64,000 nucleotides of DNA from an uncultured Candidatus Saccharibacteria bacterium (GCA_964394435.1 CAYMXN010000001.1:170428-234427), one strand, 5' to 3'; numbered from the stretch's first letter, positions 43,060 to 52,393 are shown. Notes: generated by a model not told the origin, from the letters alone. Made by a program: numbers and translations.

Positions 43060-44352
43060 ATGGAAGCACGTAAATCAATTATCGTATTAGGAGCTGGATT
43101 TGGTGGGCTGCGGGCCGCTTTGCGTCTCGGACGTTATCTAAAAGCATACAAGCTGGCGGATAAGTATGAAGTCGTTCTTATTGATAAAAATGAGTATCAC
43201 ACGTATACCCCTACGCTCTACGAAATTGCCACTACCTCGAAAGAGACTGCTAACTTTTTCCATTTAAAAGAGATTGTAACTTTTAACGTTGCGAGCTTGG
43301 TCGCTTGGCTCCCTATTCGCTTCATTAAGGCGGAAGTTACCAATATTGATGTTGCTCATGGCGATGTCCACCTCTCGACTGGCGAGCGCCTAGTGTTTTG
43401 TAATCTTTTGCTCGCCCTTGGTGCGCAGACAAATTATTTTGACATTCCCGGACTTAAGGAGAATTCGTTTGCCCTCAAGACCTTCCACGATGCGGTGATG
43501 CTACGCGAAGTGATGACTACGAAAGTTATGGAGCGTGAAAATGCTCCTCTGCGAATTGTAATTGGCGGAGGTGGCTCGACTGGCGTCGAACTTGCCGGCG
43601 AGATTAAGCTTTGGCTCTGCGGCCCAACTGCGGAGATTAAAAATACCTGCTCAACTTCGATTGAGATCATTGATGGTGCTTCGACCGTACTAAGCGTTTT
43701 TGATCCGCGGCTTATTACTCGTGCACAACAGCGACTAGCTAAACTTGGTATTGCGACGCGAACCAATGAGCGCATCGCTTCGGTTTCAAAAAACTCACTC
43801 ACGCTTCAGAGTGGAGCGACCGTTCCATTTGATGTTTTAGTCTGGACTGGAGGCGTTAAGGCAAATCAACTTGCGTATGCCGCGAGTATGAAGCGCGATA
43901 AAGGTGGAAAGGTTTTGACCAACCACGATATGCGCTGCATTCCGGAAACTGATGATTTACGTTTCCATGGTTCGATTTATGGAATCGGTGATTCGATTTG
44001 TTTTATTAATCCAAAAACAAATACGCCAGTTCCGGGTACTGCTCGAGCTGCGATGACGCAGGCGACAATAGCTGCGCACAATATTATGCAGGAGATTTTA
44101 GCGGCAGAAAAAATAATTTCTAGCGCGCAACTGAAATCGTATATTCCGCAAAACTATCCATACGTGATTCCAATCGGAGGAAAATTTGCGATTGCAAAAT
44201 TAGGATCGGTTATCATTTCTGGATTTTGGGGTTGGGTACTTAAAGGACTCGTTGAGCTAAACTACCTATTCTCAATTATGCCGCTACGCCGCGCGATTCC
44301 GATTTGGTTCAAAGGACTTTCGATATTTATCAAAAACGATCGTCTTGGATAA
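43060..44352 (+). CDS. FAD/NAD(P)-binding oxidoreductase, type II NADH dehydrogenase (NDH-2)-like
   Basis: Two Rossmann GxGxxG motifs (VLGAGFGGL, IGGGGSTGVELAGE). Confidence 0.8.
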   Translation: MEARKSIIVLGAGFGGLRAALRLGRYLKAYKLADKYEVVLIDKNEYHTYTPTLYEIATTSKETANFFHLKEIVTFNVASLVAWLPIRFIKAEVTNIDVAHGDVHLSTGERLVFCNLLLALGAQTNYFDIPGLKENSFALKTFHDAVMLREVMTTKVMERENAPLRIVIGGGGSTGVELAGEIKLWLCGPTAEIKNTCSTSIEIIDGASTVLSVFDPRLITRAQQRLAKLGIATRTNERIASVSKNSLTLQSGATVPFDVLVWTGGVKANQLAYAASMKRDKGGKVLTNHDMRCIPETDDLRFHGSIYGIGDSICFINPKTNTPVPGTARAAMTQATIAAHNIMQEILAAEKIISSAQLKSYIPQNYPYVIPIGGKFAIAKLGSVIISGFWGWVLKGLVELNYLFSIMPLRRAIPIWFKGLSIFIKNDRLG

Positions 44353-44371
44353 TTAATACTTTGTTTGAAAA

Positions 44372-44410
44372 TGAAAAGGGGGACCTCCGTGTGGTGTCCC
44401 CTTTTTTGCG
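44372..44410 (+). terminator. Intrinsic terminator (gggggac...gtccccc plus tttttt)
   Basis: Hairpin plus T-run. Confidence 0.6.
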
Positions 44411-44794
44411 AGAAGTTTTCTAAGATGAATGTTGATCGGTGTGGTGCCGTCAGAGGGATATCGGGATTAGGGTTGGTGTTTCTGCCGGATTAGTATCGGC
44501 AGTTGTGGCAGTTCGCTTTCTTTCAATTACTTGCGCTACACACAGCTCTAGTTGTCCGCCTCATATGCCAGCTTCGCAGCGGCAGGCTCGATCAGTCACT
44601 TGTCTTAGACACTTTTTTGTTCGTCGGTTTGCAGTCGCTTCTTGTTTCAAATTTCTTTAAAGCGAGAAGCGACTGCAACACAACTATGTTCAACGTTCTG
44701 AAATAAGTATAACAGAAACGAGTTGACCTGTGCGTCAACTCGTTGTGGAAAAGTCTATTAGGCCTTATGTTTCAAGGTTTGTCGAGGCCTTCAC

Positions 44795-45934
44795 TTATCG
44801 AACTTCAGCGCCAAATTGCTTTTTCGTTTCTTCGATTACTCTGTTTTGGATCGGCTCAACTTCTTCAGTGAGAAGCGTGCGCTCGTTGCTGCGATAAATT
44901 ATGCGATAGGTGTAGCTCATCTTGTCGGCACCAAATTTTTTATCATTCTCGTACTTATCAAGGAGTGAAACTTCTTCGACGAGCTCGCCACCGATTTCAC
45001 GAATTAAATCGAAGTAGTCATTTGGAACAAATTTCTTACTCACCACAAACGAGATGTCGCGAGTGATTGGCGGATACTTACTTACTTCTTTAAATTTATT
45101 TCCGAGCTTGAGCTGTTTTACTACGCGCGGATCAGTTGACCAGAGCAAGCGAATATCTGGGAGCTCCATGCTGATAATTGCCAAGCGCTCTAGACCAAAT
45201 CCGAACGCCCACCCGTTGTACCCTTCGAGTCCAAAGTTTTTCAGTACTGATTTTTTCGGCATACCTCCACCTAAAATCTCAATCCACCGATCGCCGATTT
45301 TTACCTCAACTTGAAGTGATGGGTCGGTGTACGGAAATGTATCATCAAGAAAACGATACTCAATATTTTTCCCAAAAAGCGTTTCAACAATTTCTGATAA
45401 TACGTTTCGCAGTGAGTCGAGTGGCATCACGCCCATAGAGTCCGGTTGTAAGTACCACGCACCGAACTGATGGAAGACGTTCATGTGACGATTATCAATT
45501 TCATCTTTGCGATAGACTTTTCCATAACACGTAGTTCCTACCGCCTCCCCTTTTGCGATTCGATTTTTAACATCAGCATCGTTGAGGTAGTAATACCACA
45601 TCACCGTGTCGTGTGTACGCAAAATATTTTTATCGTTTACATAGTACGTGTCAGACTTACTACGCGCTGGGTGGTCTGCAGGAAAATCAAATAAGTCGAA
45701 TGTAATACTTGCTGGTACTACCTCTGGAATGACAATGTTATCTAAATTTTTGAGCGCGTTAGTAGCTCGAGCTCGCGCGACAATTTCATACAATGGACTT
45801 TCCGGAGTACGAGAAAGATCGGGCATCGCTAGATAGCGCTTTTCACGAAGCGCTTCTGCGTCGGTTCGCTTTTCTAAATCCTTAAGTGCGGTCGCTTGAT
45901 CTTGTGTATCAATAATGATTTCTTTGTGTGACAT
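44795..45934 (-). CDS. pheS: Phenylalanyl-tRNA synthetase alpha-type catalytic subunit fused to a C-terminal FDX-ACB-like anticodon-binding domain
   Basis: Class II motifs FPYTDPS and GFGLERLAI, followed by about 95 aa (YPPITRDISFVV...SYTYRIIYRS...TLTEEEV) that resemble the FDX-ACB domain of PheT and mitochondrial PheRS. Confidence 0.85.
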   Translation of the reverse strand: MSHKEIIIDTQDQATALKDLEKRTDAEALREKRYLAMPDLSRTPESPLYEIVARARATNALKNLDNIVIPEVVPASITFDLFDFPADHPARSKSDTYYVNDKNILRTHDTVMWYYYLNDADVKNRIAKGEAVGTTCYGKVYRKDEIDNRHMNVFHQFGAWYLQPDSMGVMPLDSLRNVLSEIVETLFGKNIEYRFLDDTFPYTDPSLQVEVKIGDRWIEILGGGMPKKSVLKNFGLEGYNGWAFGFGLERLAIISMELPDIRLLWSTDPRVVKQLKLGNKFKEVSKYPPITRDISFVVSKKFVPNDYFDLIREIGGELVEEVSLLDKYENDKKFGADKMSYTYRIIYRSNERTLLTEEVEPIQNRVIEETKKQFGAEVR

Positions 45935-45953
45935 ATGCGTTATTTTTGATTAC

Positions 45954-46028
45954 TGGTGGCTGGGGAGAGGATCGAACTCTCGACCTTGGCCTTATGAAAG
46001 CCCTGCTCTACCACTGAGCTACCCAGCC
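45954..46028 (-). tRNA. tRNA-Met (anticodon CAT), elongator-type G1-C72; could also be tRNA-Ile2 (lysidine)
   Basis: Manual fold gives acceptor GGCTGGG/CCCAGCC, D arm GCTC-AGTGGTA-GAGC, anticodon loop TTCATAA, T arm GAGAG-TTCGATC-CTCTC. CCA is encoded. Confidence 0.8.
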
Positions 46029-46120
46029 AGTACGTATACGATAATAGCGATTTCTCCTTCCTTTGTAAATAAAAGCCCCGGGCCGAAGCGCAAGGCTTGA
46101 GTCGGGGCTTGTAAATCTAC

Positions 46121-46555
46121 TTAGTGCTGCGGAATTCCAGAAATGAACGAGATGAGCCAGACGCCCCAGGCGACGAGCGAAAAGCGGTTGAAGAGTTCGG
46201 CGCAACGGCCGTGTGTTCGTAATGTCGCATCGAGTGCCCAGCCGAAGTGCAGACCCATAATGAGTACCGAGGCGAGCCCGGTGGTCGTGTGGAGATCCCA
46301 CGTCCACCCCTTGGAGTTTAGGCTACAGACAAAGATGGTCGCGCTCACGTCGAGTGTGAGTGCGATACCAAACACCCACAGCATCCAGCGACGCAGCTCT
46401 AACACCTTCTTCCGCTGAATGAAGTGAGTCCAGATGACCGTCGAGTACAGGAGAAGCGCCACGACAAACAGCAGCTCGAGACGGGGCATAGTGGATTCCT
46501 TTCGATGAACTAAGTGCAGGTTAGCGCAAGGTGGACTTTTGGGCAATCTTTTCAA
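46121..46555 (-). CDS. Hypothetical membrane protein (GC-rich); likely start at the internal Met MPRLELLF
   Basis: Several TM helices. A minus-strand terminator (agccccg...cggggct plus U-run) follows at about 46045-46110. Confidence 0.45.
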   Translation of the reverse strand: MKRLPKSPPCANLHLVHRKESTMPRLELLFVVALLLYSTVIWTHFIQRKKVLELRRWMLWVFGIALTLDVSATIFVCSLNSKGWTWDLHTTTGLASVLIMGLHFGWALDATLRTHGRCAELFNRFSLVAWGVWLISFISGIPQH

Positions 46556-46692
46556 GAATGACGCTTATTCGATGAGTTCAGAACAAGCCGGACTTGTTCC
46601 CGTTTTGTCTGCGAGAATTTGAGCAGACACAAAACGCAATGCCGCCTTAAAGCGGTAACCGGGAACCGGTGAAAGTCTGCGTCTGACACACA

Positions 46693-46722
46693 AAACCCAC
46701 CTTTCTGTGAGGTGGGTTTTGA
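46693..46722. terminator. Bidirectional terminator hairpin (aaaacccacct-ttctgtg-aggtgggtttt) downstream of tRNA-Asp
   Basis: Perfect 11-bp stem with flanking A-run and T-run. Confidence 0.55.
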
Positions 46723-46726
46723 TATG

Positions 46727-46800
46727 CGCGGGCGGCCGGACTTGAACCGGTGACCTTCCCCGTGACAGGGGGACGCTCTAACCAGCTGAGCTACGCCCGC
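46727..46800 (-). tRNA. tRNA-Asp (anticodon GTC)
   Basis: Manual fold gives acceptor GCGGGCG/CGCCCGC, D arm GCTC-AGCTGGTTA-GAGC, anticodon loop CTGTCAC, T arm ACCGG-TTCAAGT-CCGGC. CCA is not encoded. Confidence 0.85.
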
Positions 46801-47032
46801 AGTTCCTTTGCCTTATTGCTTTGTTGTTTCGGGTTCGCCGTATGCTATCGCTGATATACGGCTTCACCCTTACGCCTCGCACTAAGCCAAAGACTTCAGA
46901 TATATACTTCCCTGCTTCTCGCAGGTACACAATATACTACTAAAACCTTAGCATTTTTTCAACTAACTTGCCAAGGGTTATAAATCGTTTTATTATATCT
47001 TCGGCATTAATCCTGGACTAAAGGAGGTTGCG

Positions 47033-47812
47033 ATGACTAAGCTCCGAGGTGTTCTTGTCGGGAAACCGGGCGATTTTCGTCCGAATCACTACCCGAGTCG
47101 CGAGAAACTCATCTCTTTTGTTGCCCAGCTACTTCCTCCTGGTGTTCGAAAGGTGTACTTCACTCGCATCGAGGGTACAAGTACTAAGCTTGCGAGTCAG
47201 GACAGCTTCGTGGCGACGACGCCGGCGAATTGGTTTCTTGAAAGTAGAGATACCGTTGACGGTGCCGTCATTCACGGGCGAAATTCGGCGATATTTGTCG
47301 CAAATGCCGATTGTCCCCTGCTAGCCGTTCATTCTGGCGACAAGCTGATGGTGCTTCATTGCGCGTTTCGTTGCTTGGTTGGCGAAAATGGCGAGAGCAT
47401 TATTCTCGCGTCGCTTATGAAGCACTTCCCTGATCCACGGATGATTGACAACATCTTTTTTGGATTCGGGGCCGGCCCTTGCTGCTTTGGACAGAAAGAG
47501 TCGCTCGAAAACCCCGATATTCGTAAAAACTTGCCCGTCCAGGCTATTCATAGGGCGACGTGTGGTCCCCGCAAGGGTAGCCCCTCGGTCGATCTGTGTC
47601 GCTTGGCAGTGATGCATTTAGAGCAAGTATTTGCGGGGACTGCTGGGCTACGACCGGGAGTCGCGAAAATCGATGCGAGATGTACCGCCTGCGAAGAGCG
47701 GGATAATGGTGGAGCTGGCGCATACTGGTCGCATGTCTGGGACGGCAGACCAGTTCCCGGAAAGTGTGAAACAGTTGCTGGGAGAAACGGCGCCTTCTTC
47801 TGGATCTCCTGA
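47033..47812 (+). CDS. YfiH/PgeF (DUF152, LACC1-like) family protein, tentative
   Basis: VANADCPLLAVH resembles the family motif ADC-P-L. Conserved Cys/His residues. Strong RBS aaggagg. GC-rich. Confidence 0.5.
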   Translation: MTKLRGVLVGKPGDFRPNHYPSREKLISFVAQLLPPGVRKVYFTRIEGTSTKLASQDSFVATTPANWFLESRDTVDGAVIHGRNSAIFVANADCPLLAVHSGDKLMVLHCAFRCLVGENGESIILASLMKHFPDPRMIDNIFFGFGAGPCCFGQKESLENPDIRKNLPVQAIHRATCGPRKGSPSVDLCRLAVMHLEQVFAGTAGLRPGVAKIDARCTACEERDNGGAGAYWSHVWDGRPVPGKCETVAGRNGAFFWIS

Positions 47813-47854
47813 TTCTCGCCGGACATATCCCCTCGTGGAGTGTCCGGCTTTTTA

Positions 47855-49216
47855 TTACTTCAGTTTTTTAACGAGTGAAACAAACTGATTGCCGCGATCC
47901 TCGTAATCTTTAAACATATCAAAGCTTTTTGAGGCTGGAGAAAGAATAACTGCAGCTGATGCTTTTTCTATAGTTGCATGGTATTGAGCGCGTTGATACG
48001 CGAGCGTGACTGCGTCGGCAAGTGTACTTACGATTTCTGGCGTTATATTAGTCACCCGTAGCGCCTCGGCGATTTTGTGTTTATTTTCACCATACAGCAC
48101 CATACTACGAACCGTACTTTCATTAACTGCATCGGCAAGCGGCGCGTAATCGAATTGCGCGTCTTTGCCTCCGGCGATCAGCACAATTGGAATATGAAGA
48201 GCCTTAACTGCTGCGCTTGCTGTTGATGGGTTTGTGCTTAGTGAGTCGTTATAGAAATAGATTGACGCTCCCTTGGTTAGCTTATTTTTGATTGTTTTAA
48301 TAAGTTGTAGGCGATGTGGAAGGCCAACAAATGAAATTGCCACTTTTTTAATCGCCTTATCCGATATGCCAATGAAGCGGGCAACGGTCGCTGCCATAAT
48401 CGCATTACCATACGAGTGCGAACCGATAATTTTTAAGTCTTCCTGACTAAATATGTCAAAACTCTTTCCTTCAACTGCGAACTGTTTTCCTTTTGACTGT
48501 TTGGCGATCTGACTAGTTAGCTCATTTCCGGCTACATAAAAAACCGCCTGATCGCTCGTTTGATTACGTGTAATACCAGCTTTTGCCTGTACGTACTCGT
48601 TCATATCTCTATGAACGTCTTGGTGATCAGGTGAGATTGAAAGTACTACGGCGATGTCGGGTGAGGTTCGAATATCTTGGAGTTGAAAACTAGAGAGCTC
48701 GAGCACTACTGCGTCTGCTTTTTTGGCCTGTCCAATAATCTCAATAGCCGGCTTACCGATATTCCCTGCGATTAATACCTTTTTCTTTCCAGCCTTGAGC
48801 ATCTCATAGATAAGTGTAGAAACGGTGCCTTTGCCTTTCGTTCCCGTAATGCCGATTACGAGGGGGCGTTTTTTAAGTTCTTTGAGCGCGTCAAAAAATA
48901 ACTGCGTCGCACTCGTGATGATAACGCCATGCTCTTTAGCTTTCTGGATTTGTGGAGTGAGATACCAGATACCAGGCGAACGTACGATTTGCGTAAAGCT
49001 TTCTAGGTTATCTAAATACTGCTGGCCAAGCTGATATGAGATGTTCCTACCTTTGATCGGCTTAAGGCTTGGATTTTTATCGCAAATAGTAATCTGCGCA
49101 TCTTTGTATTGAGGTGCTTTTTTGAAGTAGTTGAGCGCCGCCCTACCTTCTTTGCTGAAGCCAAGAATTGCGATGTTATGTATGTTTTTTGATGATTTGA
49201 CCATATCTCTAAACAA
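47855..49216 (-). CDS. murD: UDP-N-acetylmuramoylalanine--D-glutamate ligase
   Basis: N-terminal Rossmann segment ILGFSKEG and Mur ligase P-loop GITGTKGKGT. 453 aa. Confidence 0.88.
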   Translation of the reverse strand: MFRDMVKSSKNIHNIAILGFSKEGRAALNYFKKAPQYKDAQITICDKNPSLKPIKGRNISYQLGQQYLDNLESFTQIVRSPGIWYLTPQIQKAKEHGVIITSATQLFFDALKELKKRPLVIGITGTKGKGTVSTLIYEMLKAGKKKVLIAGNIGKPAIEIIGQAKKADAVVLELSSFQLQDIRTSPDIAVVLSISPDHQDVHRDMNEYVQAKAGITRNQTSDQAVFYVAGNELTSQIAKQSKGKQFAVEGKSFDIFSQEDLKIIGSHSYGNAIMAATVARFIGISDKAIKKVAISFVGLPHRLQLIKTIKNKLTKGASIYFYNDSLSTNPSTASAAVKALHIPIVLIAGGKDAQFDYAPLADAVNESTVRSMVLYGENKHKIAEALRVTNITPEIVSTLADAVTLAYQRAQYHATIEKASAAVILSPASKSFDMFKDYEDRGNQFVSLVKKLK

Positions 49217-49258
49217 TTATATAATGAACCAACGTTTCTTCCAATGGAAGAACTTGAT

Positions 49259-49330
49259 CGCGGGGTAGAGCAGTGGTAGCTCGTCTGGCTCATAACCAGA
49301 AGGTCGGGGGTTCAATTCCCTCCCCCGCAA
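49259..49330 (+). tRNA. tRNA-Met (anticodon CAT), initiator-like (C1 x A72 mismatch)
   Basis: Manual fold gives acceptor CGCGGGG/CCCCGCA with an unpaired 1:72, U8, D arm GAGC-AGTGGTA-GCTC, anticodon loop CTCATAA, T arm GGGGG-TTCAATT-CCCTC. Only two G-C pairs at the base of the anticodon stem. CCA is not encoded. Confidence 0.8.
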
Positions 49331-49418
49331 CTCTTCGTCGCCTTACTCCTCAGAGTCTTCGACTTCGCCTTTAAGGCGACGAAGACACTGAGCGAAGCGA
49401 AGTGATACAATTTAAGAG

Positions 49419-49664
49419 ATGCGTTTCTTTGTCTATATCCTCGAATGTGCCGATGGTTCTTTTTATGTTGGCTACACTAATGATTTAAATAAGCGAATTA
49501 GGCAACACAATGAATCAGATTATGGCTCGTGGTACACCAAACTTCGCCGGCCAGTTTTTTTAAAATATTCTGAAGAATTTTCAACTCTCGTAGTGGCTCG
49601 GCGAAGAGAGCGTGAAATTAAAGGCTGGAGGAGGGAGAAAAAACGAGCCTTATTTGAGAAGTAA
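49419..49664 (+). CDS. Second stand-alone GIY-YIG domain protein (UPF0213-like)
   Basis: FFVYILECADGSFYVGYTNDLNKRIRQHN signature. Paralogue of 34823..35086. Confidence 0.7.
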   Translation: MRFFVYILECADGSFYVGYTNDLNKRIRQHNESDYGSWYTKLRRPVFLKYSEEFSTLVVARRREREIKGWRREKKRALFEK

Positions 49665-49711
49665 CCCACTCCTTCACACCCCCATAATACCGAGTATAAA
49701 TCCGAGAGCTA

Positions 49712-50121
49712 GAAAAAGGGCGTGTCTGCGCTTCGCAACACCCCCCGCAATACAGGGGAAAAAATCACCCTACGCACTCCCCGCCGAGCGAGTTCGTGAG
49801 CTGTCGCTTAATTTATCACTCACTCTTAGATACCTTCCTCGGTGCAGAATGCAAACTTAGCTGTTACATATAATTTAAAAGGGCGCAACCAGATCTCTCC
49901 AGTTACGCCCAATACTCCTTTATCTTTACGCGACCGAAATTGATCGCGCTCCTATTCTTGTCCGAAGAATTTCACTTCGGACTTGCGCTTCGGCCGAGAA
50001 TAGGACTTCCGGCCTGCAAGGTAGGGCGGGATTGCCCAAAGCCAATCCCTCGACTGGACGTTCCCATCCGTCCAATCCCCGTGACCGAGTGGTTCAGGCT
50101 TGAGGCCTTTTACCACTTGTC
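49712..50121 (-). ncRNA. Candidate structured ncRNA (about 410 nt, GC-rich), class unknown
   Basis: Consensus promoter on the minus strand (TTGACA at 50151-50156 plus-coordinates, N17, TATAAT at 50128-50133). No ORF. Terminator-like hairpin gggtgt...acgccc plus U-run near 49712-49745. Confidence 0.3.
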
Positions 50122-50127
50122 TTTTCC

Positions 50128-50156
50128 ATTATAGCATATAGCAATATACTTGTCAA
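50128..50156 (-). promoter_or_regulatory. Consensus sigma70 promoter TTGACA-N17-TATAAT (minus strand)
   Basis: Exact consensus hexamers, seen in the sequence. Confidence 0.55.
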
Positions 50157-50195
50157 TAGTCTGTACTTTTCATGTTTTGTGGCAGTTTTTCGTAG

Positions 50196-50872
50196 AAATA
50201 AAAGGGCCCTCCATCTTTTCCTTGCGGATTGGATGAAGGGCCGGGCGGAGCGGGTGCTGTGACGGTCGTACAGCGCATTGGTGTGTCATGACTTCCACCA
50301 GCGGCTATTTCGGATTGGAGCTTTTTTGTTGGTCGCACTTTTTCGCGTTTGTGCGACTTCCCTTATCGGCGCTTGCGCACCGGTTCGGTACTCTCAGGCC
50401 TGCTAATGATCCACCTCGGCGAGAGGACTTTTTCTGTTTCAGATGCTTGCGCACCTAATTGGAAATCATCCTGTGGGCAAAGATGGGACGCAGACCTAGA
50501 CTCTCCTATTCCGTAGTCGGCTTTGTTCTTGCGAACGGGGCTCTCTAGTGGACAGGTTGCGCGTTTTGTTTTTATCCGGGTGGTATTTAGGTCACCTGGG
50601 CAAAACGCAGAGTCTTAGCTCCTACTAAAGTCACGGAGGGTAGCTTCTGGGGCTAGCGGTGAAGCCAGCTTATCCATTCGCTTTTCGGTATCAGGCGCCA
50701 CGTTAGACGCCTAATTCGCCATTCCTGGGGGGCTTTAGCAATTCCTTTTTACGGGTTTCGCCTTGCCTCGCGGAATGTTTCCGTGCTTCCTACCGACGGA
50801 GTATTCGTTCCAAAGGAGGCTTTGAGGGTCGCCTCTGGATACTCCTGCCACAACAGCATCGCTGCCGTCGTA
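50196..50872 (-). ncRNA. Candidate large structured ncRNA (about 680 nt, GC-rich), class unknown
   Basis: Promoter-like TTGACA-N16-TACTAT (plus coordinates 50879-50906) immediately downstream of the gatA stop. No ORF of 60 aa or more. Minus-strand terminator (ggcccttcatc...gatggagggcc plus cttttattt) at 50196-50242. Confidence 0.25.
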
Positions 50873-50949
50873 GAAGCTATAGTACTCCCCTGCGAAAATA
50901 TGTCAATAGCCCCAACGCGGAGCTGTGGATAACTTAGTTTTATGAAAAG

Positions 50950-52392
50950 CTATGAGTTTTCGTACAAACGCCCGAGTCCTAGTATATCTGCTTCTCTCCA
51001 AGGCTTGCCCATAAGCTGAAATCCGATTGGCAAGCTACCCGCTGGGACACGCGCCGGGATAGAGATCGCCGGAATACCCGCGAGGTTGGCTGGAATAGTA
51101 AAAATATCTGAAAGATACATTGAGAGTGGGTCACTCGCCTTTTCGCCGATCTTAAATGGGACAGTTGGGGTGACTGGAGTAAGAATCGCGTCCACTTCTT
51201 TAAACGCGTTAGTAAAGTCGTCAGTGATATACTCTTTTACTTCGAGCGCTTTCTTGTAGTACGCGTCGTAGTAGCCCGATGAAAGTACAAACGTGCCAAG
51301 CATAATACGTCGTTTAGTTTCCGGACCAAATCCGAGACCCTTCGAGCTCTTATACAGACCGGCGAGATCGTGTTGGCTACGCTCTACACCAGCGACATTG
51401 GCGTACCGAATACCGTCAAAACGCGAGAGGTTGGAGCTCGCTTCGGCTGGTTGAATAATGTAGTAGCAGGAAAGTGCGTACTTGGTGTGCGGGAGGCTGA
51501 TTTGTTTAAACTTCACTCCGAGTTTTTCATAGGTTTTAATAACTTCATCAATCGCTTGGCGCACTGCTGGCTCAATACCGTCGATAAAGTACTCTTTTGG
51601 CAATCCGAGCGTCATCCCCTTTAGTTTTTCAAAGTCGGGTGCGAGCAAGTCTGCGCCATATTGCGTATCAGCCGTCGTATTGTCATATGGGTCCTTACCC
51701 TTAAGTGCATTAAACAAAATAGCAGCGTCTTCTACGGTTTTAGTAAATGGGCCTATTTGATCGAGACTCGAAGAGAGTGCGATTAATCCCGAGCGTGAGG
51801 TTGAGCCGTAGGTCGGCTTGAGTCCAACTACGCCACAGAAAGCGGCTGGCTGACGGATTGAGCCTCCGGTATCTGAACCAAGACTCGCAGTCGCCATATC
51901 AGCGGCAACCGCAGCAGCACTTCCTCCCGAGCTTCCGCCAGGAACGCGTGAAAGGTCGTGTGGGTTTTTAGTCGGCCCGAAAGCGGAGTTTTCAGTCGAA
52001 CTACCCATCGCAAACTCATCGAGATTAGTTTTACCGATAAATACAGCGTTTTCCTCTTTAAGTCGTTTAATCACAAACGCGTCATAAACCGCGGTGTAAT
52101 TTTCGAGCATTTTTGATGACGCGGTTGCTTTTTCACCGGTAATTAAAATATTGTCCTTGATAGCAATCGGAACGCCAGCAAGTGGCGAAATAGTAGTGCC
52201 GCTTGCGATGAGCTCGTCTACTTTTTTGGCTTGCTCAAGTGCAGCCTGATCATTATGCGCAAGATATGCGTGAATATCCCCGTCTTTTGCGTTGATTTGA
52301 GCTATATATGCCTGCGCAACTTCAGTTGCTGTAAACTCTTTTTTTACCAGCCCATCATGAGTTGCTTTGATTGAAAGATGTGTAAGATCCAT
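50950..52392 (-). CDS. gatA: Glutamyl-tRNA(Gln) amidotransferase subunit A
   Basis: Amidase signature region (GGSSGGSAAAVAA). 480 aa. Follows gatC. Confidence 0.92.
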   Translation of the reverse strand: MDLTHLSIKATHDGLVKKEFTATEVAQAYIAQINAKDGDIHAYLAHNDQAALEQAKKVDELIASGTTISPLAGVPIAIKDNILITGEKATASSKMLENYTAVYDAFVIKRLKEENAVFIGKTNLDEFAMGSSTENSAFGPTKNPHDLSRVPGGSSGGSAAAVAADMATASLGSDTGGSIRQPAAFCGVVGLKPTYGSTSRSGLIALSSSLDQIGPFTKTVEDAAILFNALKGKDPYDNTTADTQYGADLLAPDFEKLKGMTLGLPKEYFIDGIEPAVRQAIDEVIKTYEKLGVKFKQISLPHTKYALSCYYIIQPAEASSNLSRFDGIRYANVAGVERSQHDLAGLYKSSKGLGFGPETKRRIMLGTFVLSSGYYDAYYKKALEVKEYITDDFTNAFKEVDAILTPVTPTVPFKIGEKASDPLSMYLSDIFTIPANLAGIPAISIPARVPAGSLPIGFQLMGKPWREADILGLGRLYENS

Positions 52393-52393
52393 A

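Noticed and set aside
50420-50440. A 16S rRNA 3'-end-like string (GATCCACCTC).
   Set aside because: No other 16S conserved blocks are nearby. It is an isolated chance similarity.
49680-50945. A decayed gatB pseudogene downstream of gatA.
   Set aside because: Minus-strand translations show no GatB-like peptides, and the region has its own consensus promoters and terminators.
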